Shown here one piece after another: positions 10,300 to 21,830 of a stretch of 64,000 nucleotides of DNA; position 1 is the stretch's first letter, and every line of letters begins with the position of its first letter. The position numbers were made by a program, and so were the translations under genes. The stretch spans positions 7,374,587 through 7,438,586 of the forward strand of contig CM120648.1 of assembly GCA_051362555.1 (NCBI GenBank), in the 5' to 3' direction. A model generated the notes under the pieces. That model was not told where the DNA came from, ran no database searches, and saw nothing but the letters and a program-made list of their open reading frames with translations. This DNA is from Lingula anatina (taxonomy: Eukaryota; Animalia; Brachiopoda).

Positions 10300-12137
10300 A
10301 AGAAAGAAAAAAATATTCAGGTCATGCAAAGACAATAAAATAATACGGCAAAATAAAGCTATTTACATAACTTAAAATTTGGGAAAATTGACTATTCCCA
10401 CGTTGAAGTAAATATTGAAGCATTAATTTTAGCAACTACAGCACAACCTATCTGCAACTATTTAAGTAGCATTTCTAGTCCTGTCAAAGACAAAGACCAC
10501 AATATTCGTATGCTGTTTTAACACACAAGACGGAAACCAAAAATCATCTAAAGCTCATTTTTTAAGGTCTTCATACAGCTAGCACACTGATATCTATCTG
10601 TTCTCTTTAGAAAATGCTGCTCATAGTGTTTGCTGCTTTCTGGTTTTCAGTAATCTTGTATGTAACAACAGCTCTTATTTGAATAATAAATTCACAACCT
10701 AGTGGGTAAATGTGTCTCAAACAGAAAAAAAAAAAAGAATTATCATTCCACAAATCAAACTTCTTTAAATGTCTGCAGGAAGATTGATACAAACAGGGTA
10801 ACCTTTGTATTCATATTTGGCCAATCTATGTAACATTTTTGCATTTAAAATTGCCTTTAAAATTGGTAATAACACATAACTATGACAAACAGTTAATTCG
10901 GTTGTTTTAAATAATAGATTGAAATACCAAACACCTACATGTGAATCACAACAAAACTAAAATATTTCATTTAAAATATGCTTCAACCAAATAGTAACAA
11001 AAGATAAGATTTGGAAACAGTCAAACTTTGGATTGGTCCCATTTCAGCTGTTTCCATGGTTACCTGTTGTCATAGTAATACTGATACCAATCAAAAACCA
11101 AGTGCAATGTAAAGCCTATGAAGCAATAGCTGTGATAAACACCCAAAAAGCTGCAACACTTCAAAAATATACAATGGTTAAATATGTAAAGAATAAATTC
11201 TGTATTCATAAAAAATATCATCTGTGTTAACATCAGGTATGTAAGTATCTTTTTTTGGTCCCAATTAATGGCAAAATTGTAAGTTATCAGGAAAACGGAA
11301 CGCCTGTATCGATGCAACAAGTGGTCCCCTCAAACCTCATAAATGCAATTATTGTTTAATACAAATACTACGTATCTTCACCCAATGTGACTACATTTGT
11401 TAATGTTAATCACAGCACAGACTTTGTTCTAGGGCTTACAATTACAGATTTCTTTCTTTTCTCCACTTCAACAAACTGACTAGATCTATCTTGCAAGATT
11501 GGTGCAAGCAAACAAACACACGCACAAAATGTTGGCAGACAAAAACTGCCAGTTGATATAAAACAATATTATAGCTCAAGATACACTTCAATTCTATCAC
11601 TCAATAATTCATCAATAATTTCAATCAATTCATCTTATTTTTCATAACTACAATGGATGCAAATAATCATCAAAGCACTAAATGTAAAACATACTAAACT
11701 CTATTTACACCCTGCTAATCAATTACAAATACACTCTCTGTGTGTAAATCAACTATGGGATGCATTCTATATGATTGTCACTGCAACACTGCAAACTAAG
11801 GGTACAGAAAGACATGAATGAGAAAAATAAATCCCAGCTTTCTGGGACCTTAATGATTTGCTTTCAAAAATAAAACAAAAATTCAACGCACATATAATTA
11901 TATGTATGTACAAGTATATAAACTATAATTCATAGATATATATGTATATATGAAGTGCTTCACATATTTGTGACACATAGAATGAGTAAAATATATAATA
12001 ATTCCATACTCAGCTGTTCTTAAAGAAATGCCAGTGTTCCAAAAATAATAATTACGATAAAATAAAATGGCACTGACATGTCATATTGGCCAATAAGAAA
12101 TGATTGTGTATCAGCTGCGGTCCAGTAAATGGGAAAA
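9345..12137 (-). other. Probable long 3'UTR of PRDM3/16
   Basis: AU-rich sequence between the stop codon and the AATAAA at 9363-9368, with no recognisable transposon and many miRNA seed matches. Confidence 0.55.
9363..9368 (-). terminator. Candidate polyadenylation signal of PRDM3/16
   Basis: Minus-strand AATAAA followed by an A-rich stretch and a GU-rich element (TGTTTGAATGTTTT, ~9328-9341). Confidence 0.5.
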
Positions 12138-13898
12138 TTACATGGAACATGCTAAAGGTGCTGATTTAATCTCGTACGGTTTTTGAACTGTCTTTGGGGA
12201 CTCTGCCTCTTCTTCTGCCAAGTCTGAATCATTGTTGTTGTCCACTTTAAGTTTTTTCACTAAGGGCTCATCTGACTCATCACTATCATTGGCTATCTCA
12301 TCTTCTTCAGCTAATGAAGAATCGTGATCAGGAGTGCCTTTTTCCAGGAAATTTCCAATCTGCTCAAAGTAAGAGTCATCCTTTTCTTCAAGCTCATTGG
12401 TAGGGGAGTCAACCACATTGGGGCCTTCCGACTCATGTTTCTTTAAATGACGATCAAGATTGGTCTGTTGCCCGAAGCAGCGATCGCAGAGTGGACATTT
12501 AAATGGCTTCTCTTTGTTGTGGATGTTACGCACATGACGCTGGAGGTTGGAGGAGATGCTGAACGATCTCTCACAGTACTTGCACTTGTATGGTTGCTCT
12601 CCAGTGTGGGTACGCAAGTGACGAGTCAGGTTTGCTGAACGTGGGAATATCTTCCCGCAGAACTTGCAGGCATATCTCTCCTTGCTTCTTGCACTGCCAG
12701 GGGTATATTGGTAAGCCTCGGAATTCTTAATGGTGGCTGGGACAGTCTTGGGGGTGTCCGGACTAAGGACGGGGACGGCTGTACTGAAACTGACTGGAGC
12801 ACCCATAGGGAAACGAGGCTGGAAAGCCATGAGCTTAGCAGCATTCTGCTGAAATGCATGGAACTTTTCTTTATCCATCATCATCATGGGATGGGCCATG
12901 GGGAAAGCTTGGTGCAATTTGTTACCCCCCTCACGCACATCACCATAGATGTGAGTTTTGCGAGCTGTGGCTGCGATGCCTTCATCATCGCTTTCTTCTT
13001 TCTTGATGACCTTCTTGGACAGATCTAGAGGTTGGTCAAGGTCATTGTTGGACGGAGAATTTGACCTGGACAAGTTGAATGGGGTACCATTGCTGTTGGA
13101 GACAGGACTTCGACGACTGACATATGGCGGCACATATTCTGCCTTAATGTGAGCAGGCTTTGGTGCTTGTTCTTTCTCATTCTCACCATCAGATCCTGCA
13201 GCAGAGTCAAGGTCGCTTTGGTTGCTCAAGTTGGAGCGTTCATCTTCTGAACCCTCGGAGCCTCTCTTAGCCTTGTTAGGCAGGTCATCATAGCTGTCGT
13301 CACTGCCAGTTTGGCTCATCTTGCCATCCGGTAACATAGATGGCGCCAAAGCCAGAGGGTGACCAGGCGGAAACATGTGGTAGCCTGCAGCAGCCGCTGC
13401 CAGAGGCGGGTAGAATGGATACAATGGGCGAGGGCCGTAAAAGCCCATATATGCTGCAGGGATCCCTGGTGCTGCCTGCGGGCTCACAACCCCCGGGGGC
13501 TTGATGGGATAGCCAAATCGGGTCCCATTTCTGATGACACCTTCGCAGAAACGTTTGTGCTTGCTGAGGGAGGTCACAGTTGAGAAAGCCTGGCCGCAAT
13601 CCTTGCATTTGATCTGTTGGCGACAGTCAGCATGCATTCTCTTGTGGCGGCAGAGGTTGGAAAATTGAGTATACGCTTTCAGGCAGACTTCACACTGGAA
13701 CGGCTTGACACTACTGTGGATGTGCTGGTGCTGCTTCAGGCCACTGGATGTCGCAAAGGTTTTCCCACACTCCGGACAGGCATGGCAACGTGCACCAACA
13801 TGCTGAGCACGAATGTGCCTTTGGAGATTGCTGGGATCTGTGAAATACTTGTCGCAGTGTTCGCATGGAAATTTGCGGTCACCATCTTCTTCAATGTA
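12138..13898 (-). CDS. PRDM16: PRDM3/16 terminal coding exon (4 N-cluster + 3 C-cluster zinc fingers, CtBP motifs, acidic tail)
   Basis: [78 protein letters not shown] are diagnostic of EVI1/PRDM16/hamlet; PFNLS and PLDLS; acceptor ttttccag|TAC at 13898. Probably co-orthologous to MECOM and PRDM16. Confidence 0.97.
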   Translation of the reverse strand, partial: YIEEDGDRKFPCEHCDKYFTDPSNLQRHIRAQHVGARCHACPECGKTFATSSGLKQHQHIHSSVKPFQCEVCLKAYTQFSNLCRHKRMHADCRQQIKCKDCGQAFSTVTSLSKHKRFCEGVIRNGTRFGYPIKPPGVVSPQAAPGIPAAYMGFYGPRPLYPFYPPLAAAAAGYHMFPPGHPLALAPSMLPDGKMSQTGSDDSYDDLPNKAKRGSEGSEDERSNLSNQSDLDSAAGSDGENEKEQAPKPAHIKAEYVPPYVSRRSPVSNSNGTPFNLSRSNSPSNNDLDQPLDLSKKVIKKEESDDEGIAATARKTHIYGDVREGGNKLHQAFPMAHPMMMMDKEKFHAFQQNAAKLMAFQPRFPMGAPVSFSTAVPVLSPDTPKTVPATIKNSEAYQYTPGSARSKERYACKFCGKIFPRSANLTRHLRTHTGEQPYKCKYCERSFSISSNLQRHVRNIHNKEKPFKCPLCDRCFGQQTNLDRHLKKHESEGPNVVDSPTNELEEKDDSYFEQIGNFLEKGTPDHDSSLAEEDEIANDSDESDEPLVKKLKVDNNNDSDLAEEEAESPKTVQKPYEIKSAPLACSM

Positions 13899-14108
13899 CT
13901 GGAAAATGAAACAGAAACTGTAAATAGCACATATCACCCATTTTAAATTGATATATGCATCATGTGTGCACTCTCTTTTGGTTGAAATTGTAAGGCATTT
14001 AACGATAAAACCTGGCCGGAAATCAAACTGCCCCTCCTACATTTCTCACAAAATCTGAATTTCTATCCTTACTAAAGTACTGTTATGTATATTCATGTGT
14101 ATGCTCAC

Positions 14109-14178
14109 GTTGCCGCCATATTTGAGTTCACTTTCTCCCTGGGAATCTGAGGCAGACTTATCATTGGAACTTTTGTCT
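14109..14178 (-). CDS. PRDM16: PRDM3/16 short linker exon
   Basis: 70 nt, phase 2-0 as required to bridge neighbouring exons; DKSSNDKSASDSQGESELKYGGN; ttccag acceptor, AAC|GTGAGC donor. Confidence 0.85.
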
Positions 14179-14501
14179 CTGGAATTAAAAAAAGAAAATG
14201 TCAAGAAAGACCAAATAAAAGTTTCAGTTAACCACCAAACCATCTCCCTCTTCTAACTAACAGGAAAACTTATTGCCTTATATGCAGAACAAAATTTTTC
14301 TACTACTTAAAAGCAACTGTTTTTTTTTTTTTTTCTTAATTTTTAACTTTTACATTTTTTTTACTTAAATTGTCATGCTCAAGCCAGATATAACTGCTTA
14401 TACAGACAAGGGCTTTTGACTAACAGATCACTTAATTATTTTATTTTTATTTTTTAAATCAATGATGGAAATCATGAAAACCAATTATATACTGCTCTTA
14501 C

Positions 14502-14652
14502 CCATCCATATTTTGGTTGTTTTCCCTGAATTCACTATTTATCTTGCTGTAGATGTTATTGGCATTGTTACACACGTAAGTTTCGTGTCGTCGCAGTGCA
14601 ACTTTGGATCTAAATGCCTCACCGCATTCTCCACATGAATAACGTACTTCAT
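14502..14652 (-). CDS. PRDM16: PRDM3/16 exon encoding first (C2HC-type) zinc finger
   Basis: (D)EVRYSCGECGEAFRSKVALRRHETYVC, like EVI1 ZF1 [22 protein letters not shown]; phase 1-2, GG|GTAAGA donor. Confidence 0.92.
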
Positions 14653-14656
14653 CTGA

Positions 14657-14700
<44 letters not shown>
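14657..14700. repeat. (AAT)n microsatellite at a splice acceptor
   Basis: About 14 units abutting the tttcag acceptor of the ZF1 exon. Confidence 0.95.
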
Positions 14701-14701
<1 letters not shown>

Positions 14702-17133
14702 TGAGCCAAAATTATGTTCAAATTAAGGAATAAAATAGTAATATATGTGGAAGGAAAATATGTCATATGTACAGCGCTTGGACGATGGTGCCAGCTTCAT
14801 TAACATTACTTTTTACATCAACCAACAAATAAAATAACTTTGGTGGCAGACTGGTAATCAAAATTCTTTTTAAAAACTTTTGTAACTTTGCAGCTTATAA
14901 AGCATGAAGTAGATCTATAGTATGTTTTCCAAGTTCAACAACTCACATAGGTCATAATAATAACACGCAACACTTTTTAGTTAAAATAGTTAACTATTTT
15001 TAGGCAAATCTCGTGCTTCAATAATATCACATTTGCTAAATATCACAAGATGAAATCTCCTCTCTCTCCTCCCTATGGTAATAAGCCACTGATAAGCAAC
15101 AGACTACTACACCAGTTACACAAAAGGACGAGAGATGTACAAAATGGATGATCACACATCCACACCAAGAGATGAATATGAAGGTCGCCAGCGAGGAAAG
15201 GGTTCAATGGCGCGCATCAGTGCTTCCCTCTATCACACCATCCTCTCGATCTCCAGGTATCTTCTCAAATGACGAGATAATGGGAAGAGGGTAGCATAAT
15301 GAGGCAGGGGATATCGTCAGTGATTTTTTTATCTGCTGCATCACTTTACACCTGTCCCTTGCTCTCCAATGAAAACCTATGACAAGGAAGTATTGGAGAA
15401 TCCCTCTTAAAATGAAAGCAATCTCCCTGGCTTTCTAAATATAAACACACCAGGTTGCGGCCAGTGGTCCTCTTTTTTTTTCTCCAAAAGTAGAAACCTA
15501 CATGAGCCATGTTAATGACTTGGTAAAATGTAATTTCCAACATGTATATCAACAACCTCAAAAACCTGCCGCATTTAGTCTATAGCCTGTATCTATTATA
15601 AAGCTAAATCCTTAGCTAGGCTAGTGGCCATGATAAACTTGGAAAAATGTTTTGAAAACACTTTTTAACATGGAAAAAGCAAACACAAAATATCCCGTTA
15701 ACACGCATGCACACACGCAAACACACATGCAAGCATGCGCTCACACTCTAGACATCAAGGGATGGGAGAACAGTGATTTTTATTTGCAATCTGTGATCAG
15801 GTGATGCTGTTCTCAGTCTTAAAATAGTAGATAAACAAAATCCTCTCAATATATAATCTCAATTATCCCTCAGTATCTGAAGTGCAGTTTATCTTATCTT
15901 TTGAACAAGACACCCAGCTCTTAAAAAGTAATAAAGTTTGATAAATGGTTACTACTACTATCTTTTGACATTCAACCAGTTTAAATTTTTCAGTCCAGAT
16001 TATCATTATTTTTCCAATTTTTTCTTCGAAGAAAAAATATAAGAAAAACTTAAATTAACTCGAGGGCTCATTTTTTAAGTTTTCCACCTTCATGCATGTT
16101 AAAATCAGCACAAAATCAATAAATATGCAGGTTGGTTTGAGTTATCTTCAAATTATGACACCATTCTAGACACTGGCGTGAAGATGTCTCACGCTGCCGC
16201 AGCCTACCTCTCCAGAATGTGAAGGAGCAATAAATAATACCAGTACCATCTGACGCCTCACAAAGATTCCCACTCTAACAGAGATAAGTGGAAGCTTTCA
16301 GATACAGGCTATCTTCATTACAACAACAATAGAACTCCTGTTTGTTGTTCTATAAATACCTTTCATATTTAATGTTCCTGCAGGCCATTTCAGGGATTAG
16401 AAACCTTTTTTTTATCATTTCAATTCCATCACCACATATATTCAGTAATGCAGTTATTGCTGTTCATATTATTTTCACGTCTTTTAAAATTTTTTGACTT
16501 AACAACTGGTCCCTAATTTTCTTTGCACCAATCTTAATTTTGATTCCATGTTTTATCATCCATATTGCAGCAATGATTATAAAATTATCACTATTCATGT
16601 ACCACTGATATTCATGATGATGATTCTTCATCCTGTTTTTGTCAAACTGCTCATAAGTAAATTAATTTGATATTGTTAGCTACATGCATCATGAAATGCT
16701 ACAGTTCATTTAACTTTGACAATGATCCAAAAAGGAATTTCCTGAATAAATATCCTCAATTAAAGACATACATATGCTTGAAGACACTGACAGAGACAAA
16801 CTACACATCTCTGCAAGATCAAAGTGAACACCCTCTCTTTATAAATATTTTTGTTGGTCTTTCTGCTTACATTTTCCTTGATCATAAAAGTCCACAAGTG
16901 TACTTAATAAGCAATATAAACTTCCTAATTTCATAATTTTGCTGTTATCCCCATTTTCTTTCAACTTGATCACATAGTAACTTTACTTCCTACGGTGATT
17001 AAGACATTTGATGTGAAAATATATACGAGACGGATTAAAGGAGGGTCAGAGGAAGAGAAGGCTCAACAGTGACACCCCAGGGTTCCCCCTTCAGAGACAA
17101 AAAGAAGACCCCACAGTACAGGAACATCACCAT

Positions 17134-17272
17134 TCTCATCTGCTCATCTTCTCGACTGGAAACAGGAAATTCCCAGCCCCCTTTCAAGACCAAAATGAAA
17201 AACCTGCAGCGGTGGTATGTCTCATCTGCTCATCTTCTCAACTAAACACAGGAAATTCCCAGCCCCTTTTCC
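17134..17272. repeat. Duplicated ~50-bp motif module (86-bp spacing)
   Basis: tctcatctgctcatcttctc-N-acaggaaattcccagcccc at 17134-17180 and 17220-17266. Confidence 0.85.
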
Positions 17273-18592
17273 ACCAGGGACAAACATTTCTTCTCAGAGC
17301 CTTCACACATTGGCGTCATCTTCTGTGGGCCATGCGCCTTGGGTGACAGAGGCATTGTCTGCTGATCACTCGCCACTCCAGGTGAGAGACAGAGACAGCA
17401 GATCAGGTGACGATTTGATGGGTTTCAAGTGTTGTCATTTTGATCACATATCTGTTTTGCACTTCTGCCATGGTGCACATTGAGGGAACTGACAACTCCT
17501 AATGTCTGCTCATAAAATGCTATTTATTTCATATTTTGAATTAGAGAGAAAATTTAGAAAAAGAATCAAGTTATCGCATCTATACGAGAATTCATTCCAA
17601 TATGGTTGTAAAGTTCAAATCTGCTGGTAGAGTTAACAACTAAGATTCATGTTTTAAAATGTTGAGATGTTAATTCTAACAATCTTTTAATAAACGTTTA
17701 ACAAAAAAACATTTAAAATTCTTTCAATTTATTCCCTAGAATCAGACATTTGTGAAGTGATATCTAGACTTGAGAATCCAGAAAACTGCACAAAGAATAA
17801 CAAGATCTTGTCTGTTGTCCACCTGCTGTAACATCAACTTTTTTACCCATTTTTCCCACAACGTCCGCATCTATAATTTCTTTCAAAAAGTAATGGGCAA
17901 AAAAGACCCAGCATCCCATAATTGCCTATCAAATCATCCTACCTTCATGCACAAGTGTTTAATTATGCAATTTTCCCTCCATGTTTACAAAATTCAAGAT
18001 CCCGCATGCTCCACCATTATTTTGATACTGGGTTACCCAAATTGGCGACTCCTTCACATGGTGTCCTCACAAAGTTTAAATGTTTTCCATGCTTTCTTTT
18101 ATCATCAATTTATAACCAACTTTGTTGAAATTACATTTAATATCATGCCCAATTGATGGGGGCATGGCAGGCGTTTGACTGAACAAGATTTATGGCCATA
18201 TAATCACTACCCTCATCCTTTCAAAATTTGATATTTCAACCTTGACATCCTCTGAAATGAGCCTTTTTGATGAGTTTAGAAATGTGAGCCCATCATGTTT
18301 GTTGCATTACGTGTTATTTTATAAAATGTTTTCTCATAACTGCCATAACAACCACTAGGGATGAAAGCGTGTCACACCACCCCTGTCATCGTCCCATATT
18401 AGGACAAGATGTTCTCTGATTGAACCTTTTCAAAGCTCCAATAATTATGCTTACGTCTGGATGAGATAGTCTTTCTTACAGTCTAAAAAAAGAAAAGAAT
18501 GGAACAGGATAAAATTTCATCTTCTTTGAGGGCAAAAACCTAACCCACCTAACCCTAAAAGACTATCACAAGGTCTGCTGTAAGGATATCTT

Positions 18593-18633
<41 letters not shown>

Positions 18634-20657
18634 ATTCTTTTAAAAAGAACATGAATGAAATAAATTGCACTTCATCATATATTTGTGAAAACAAAAAGAA
18701 TTGCCTTTTTTAGATATGGACTATTATCACAGAAGGTTGTATATCGAACAGCAAACAAAGAACATTTTACTTTGATAAATATCACACAAATATATATATA
18801 TATATATATTTAATTGAAAAAATAAAACTGCATTCTTCCTCCTCCCCTTTTGCCTTCATCCACTGTCTGACACAAGAATAACAGTATTCTCAGTGAATTA
18901 GCCACGCTTTTGCTGTCACCCATCCTTTCCTTCAACAACTCAATGACAGAATTATGGTGGACACAATAGGACAGCAAATTATGTTTACTGTTGCTTGTTT
19001 TCACCTGCAAGATCCTATCTGAAGTGGACAAAGGAAACTCGATGTTTGGAAAATTGGAATTTCACAGATTTGGGAACAGATCAATGAGGTTCGGGTCTGG
19101 GTTATCCCTGACACATAACTCCCCATTATAGACATGTACGGCCAGTCATCAGAGTGGCTGATGACAACTTTTGTCCCGTTTTCTCCAATTTTCAGGCCAT
19201 TTGCTCAATAAATATGTCACAATGGTACAATGGCAGTGTCCTACTTTACAAGCACATTCACGGGATAATCTTTGCATTGTAGACTATCCAGGGCAAAAAG
19301 ACTTCAGAAATAATTGTCCCCTCGCCACACACTCAGATAGGTAAAATAGCCCCAGGGGAACTCAGGTAGGTAGATGGACAATAAGAAACCCTCAGTAAAC
19401 ACCCCTCATAATGAGGAGATAATTATCAAAACAACTGTTAAAGGTGTGTCGGACAAATCTGTTAACCACCCCAAAATCCCTGCTTAATCTCTGACTTAAA
19501 CATGCAATCCAGGGGAGGGGTAATTCTGAGAAGACTCTTAGGTGGAATCCAATCAATTAAGGGGATGCACACTTTAAATGAACCACACCAAGTCTCCTGC
19601 AAAGAGCTGTGGAAGTGGCTCCAAGTTGCTGCAAACAATGCATCATTAACACGGCTTTATGAGGTGTCAATGTGAACAGAATGAAGGGCAAACATCCCTC
19701 CTCTAAAGGACAGGTGAGCAAGAAGCTTGTGAATCTTGCTAATCTGATTGATGAGAGGCCAAGCCAGAGGTGACAAAAATGTGGCACAAAGACTGTAAAA
19801 TTTCAGGTGATAGAGTAGAGTCCAGGGATTTCAGTTATGCTGCCAAGTGCAGGGAAGAGGCTGCCATTTAGCGAAAAATTTGTGTGAAAAAAATGACATG
19901 GGGTTCATGGGGCCACCCAGGCCAATGAAATATCTTGGCTCCCAAAAAGTCAGAACTCCTCCGATAGTCAGAAAAATCTCATCCCTGCTAGTTTTGATTT
20001 GCCTCATGGTCAACATTGTCAAAATTTCACACTTGAAAATTTCACACCTGATAAAAGGAAGGCAAGATCCATCTCGTGGGCATTGTTATCAAATGTTCAA
20101 AACTTCACACACGATAGGTTATCTTTCTAACTGCCAATGCCTTCTCAGATTTGGAAATGATCTAAGGCACAGTATCTTTTCAAATATCACCCTAATTTTA
20201 TTGCTGTTCAGAAAATGACAAGCATTTCCTGTTATTCAACTCTAATTCCAAGAGCTAATTACTGGTATTTTTTTAATGATGACTTTACTTCTACATTCAG
20301 TGATTAATGCTAATACCTACAGTCAGTCTGCTAATAAAATTTTCCTAGTAATAATCAAACCATTTTTACTTGTGATATTGTGATCATACTTCACCTATTC
20401 AATTTGTTTCCTAGCCCAACAATAATTCATTTCACTTGTAAAGTGAAATTATTAGGAAGGGAATGCAAGCTTTCATCCCTTTTATAAACACCTTGCTTAC
20501 TAATAAGGAAAAGCACTGGCACCATAGTCAAAGCAAACTAATTTACTTCTGTAGATAATTTAAGTAGCTAAGCTAGATTTCACAACATTACATGTGCAAC
20601 ATGAATTCCAATTAAAGGTAAATGTTCGTTTAAAAAAAGGATGGATAAATCACTTAC

Positions 20658-20775
20658 CTTCAGCATCTATTGATTTCTGAATGGAATCAACCTCGTTCTC
20701 TGCATACACCGCATCCCGCGCATACAGCAACATTTCTTCACCTGGGCTGATATCCTTGATGGCTTTATAATATAC
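20658..20775 (-). CDS. PRDM16: PRDM3/16 PR/SET C-terminal exon
   Basis: VYYKAIKDISPGEEMLLY is the canonical PR-domain end (IxPGEELL); ccttctctag acceptor, G|GTAAGT donor, 118 nt phase 0-1. Confidence 0.95.
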
Positions 20776-21563
20776 CTAGAGAAGGAAAAAGAAACAGAAT
20801 AAAATCAACTGTTTACTAGCCTGTGGCTTCTTTTGAATAAATACACAATAATAACATAATAAATTCCTTATTACACAAATTTATCACCTCATAAAAAATC
20901 CTGGAATTTTTTTCTCAGCAGGTGCTTTGTAAAATTATTCGACGGTACCGGGTAAATGTATCATATTCCAGCCACCTTTAATTTATATATCATTTCCAAA
21001 CACATATTCTATGCATGCTCGCATGCAGTTCGTGATCAATGTCCCCATCACCGGTGACTCCCTATCTCCAATAAAAATGTATAGAACAAAAAAATCTCTA
21101 CACTTGTTTTGAAGAGGAATAAATATTACTAATGGCTTCCTTTTCCACATAAATGACTAATTGTGTATTGTGTACCTCATTCATGATTCTCATACATGTA
21201 CTAATATGTGTTTCTAAGAATAAAAATTCCCTTCATTGCTCTATCAGTTTGTGTATGTCTCCATCAGTTTTGTGAGATGTTATCTAATAATGCTTCGGTT
21301 CTGATTTATTCAAAAAAATCACTGACATAGGCATAGTTCTTATCAAAATTATTGTCACCATTTTTTTGTCAGCAATTTTCAGAAGAGCAAAACGAGAAAA
21401 AAAAAACATCTTCAAACATTTACTTCCACCAAATAATAACAAAAACATTAACAGTTAAACCAAGTTACATTAATACAGACAACCTACTTCACAAAATAAT
21501 CATAAATTCAGAATGTCATCAGTATGCAAACAAAAAATAAATAAAATAACAAAAACAATCTAC

Positions 21564-21830
21564 CTGAGCTAACTCTGAGTCTGAGGCAGGCATCTGTATT
21601 CCTAACCAAGACAAAATTAACTTCTTTCCCTAAAGTTATCCTGGTACCTGCTGTCCTTGTACCACAGGCTACTGTGTGCGAGTTATGACAATACTATACT
21701 ATTCCAAAAGAGAGCTCCTTGCCCATATAAATCGCCAACGAAGACTGAAGCAGTGTCTCTGGTGTCAGTTTATTATACCTCACTGCCCATGAAGTCCTGC
21801 AGGGCCTCCCCAATCCAATCATCAACCAAT
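21564..21830 (-). promoter_or_regulatory. Candidate internal promoter and non-coding first exon of PRDM3/16
   Basis: Three CCAAT (21810-21830), TATAATAAA (21777-21769), Inr TTCAGTC with A at 21746 (31 nt from TATA), donors CAG|GTACCA (exon end 21648) or CAG|GTAGAT (exon end 21564). Confidence 0.55.

Noticed and set aside
13899-13937. N-terminus [13 protein letters not shown] of the 599-aa ORF
   Set aside because: Intronic polypyrimidine tract; the exon starts at 13898 after CAG.
12447-13946. Antisense and alternate-frame ORFs over the large exon
   Set aside because: Shadow ORFs of GC-richer coding sequence with no recognisable domains.
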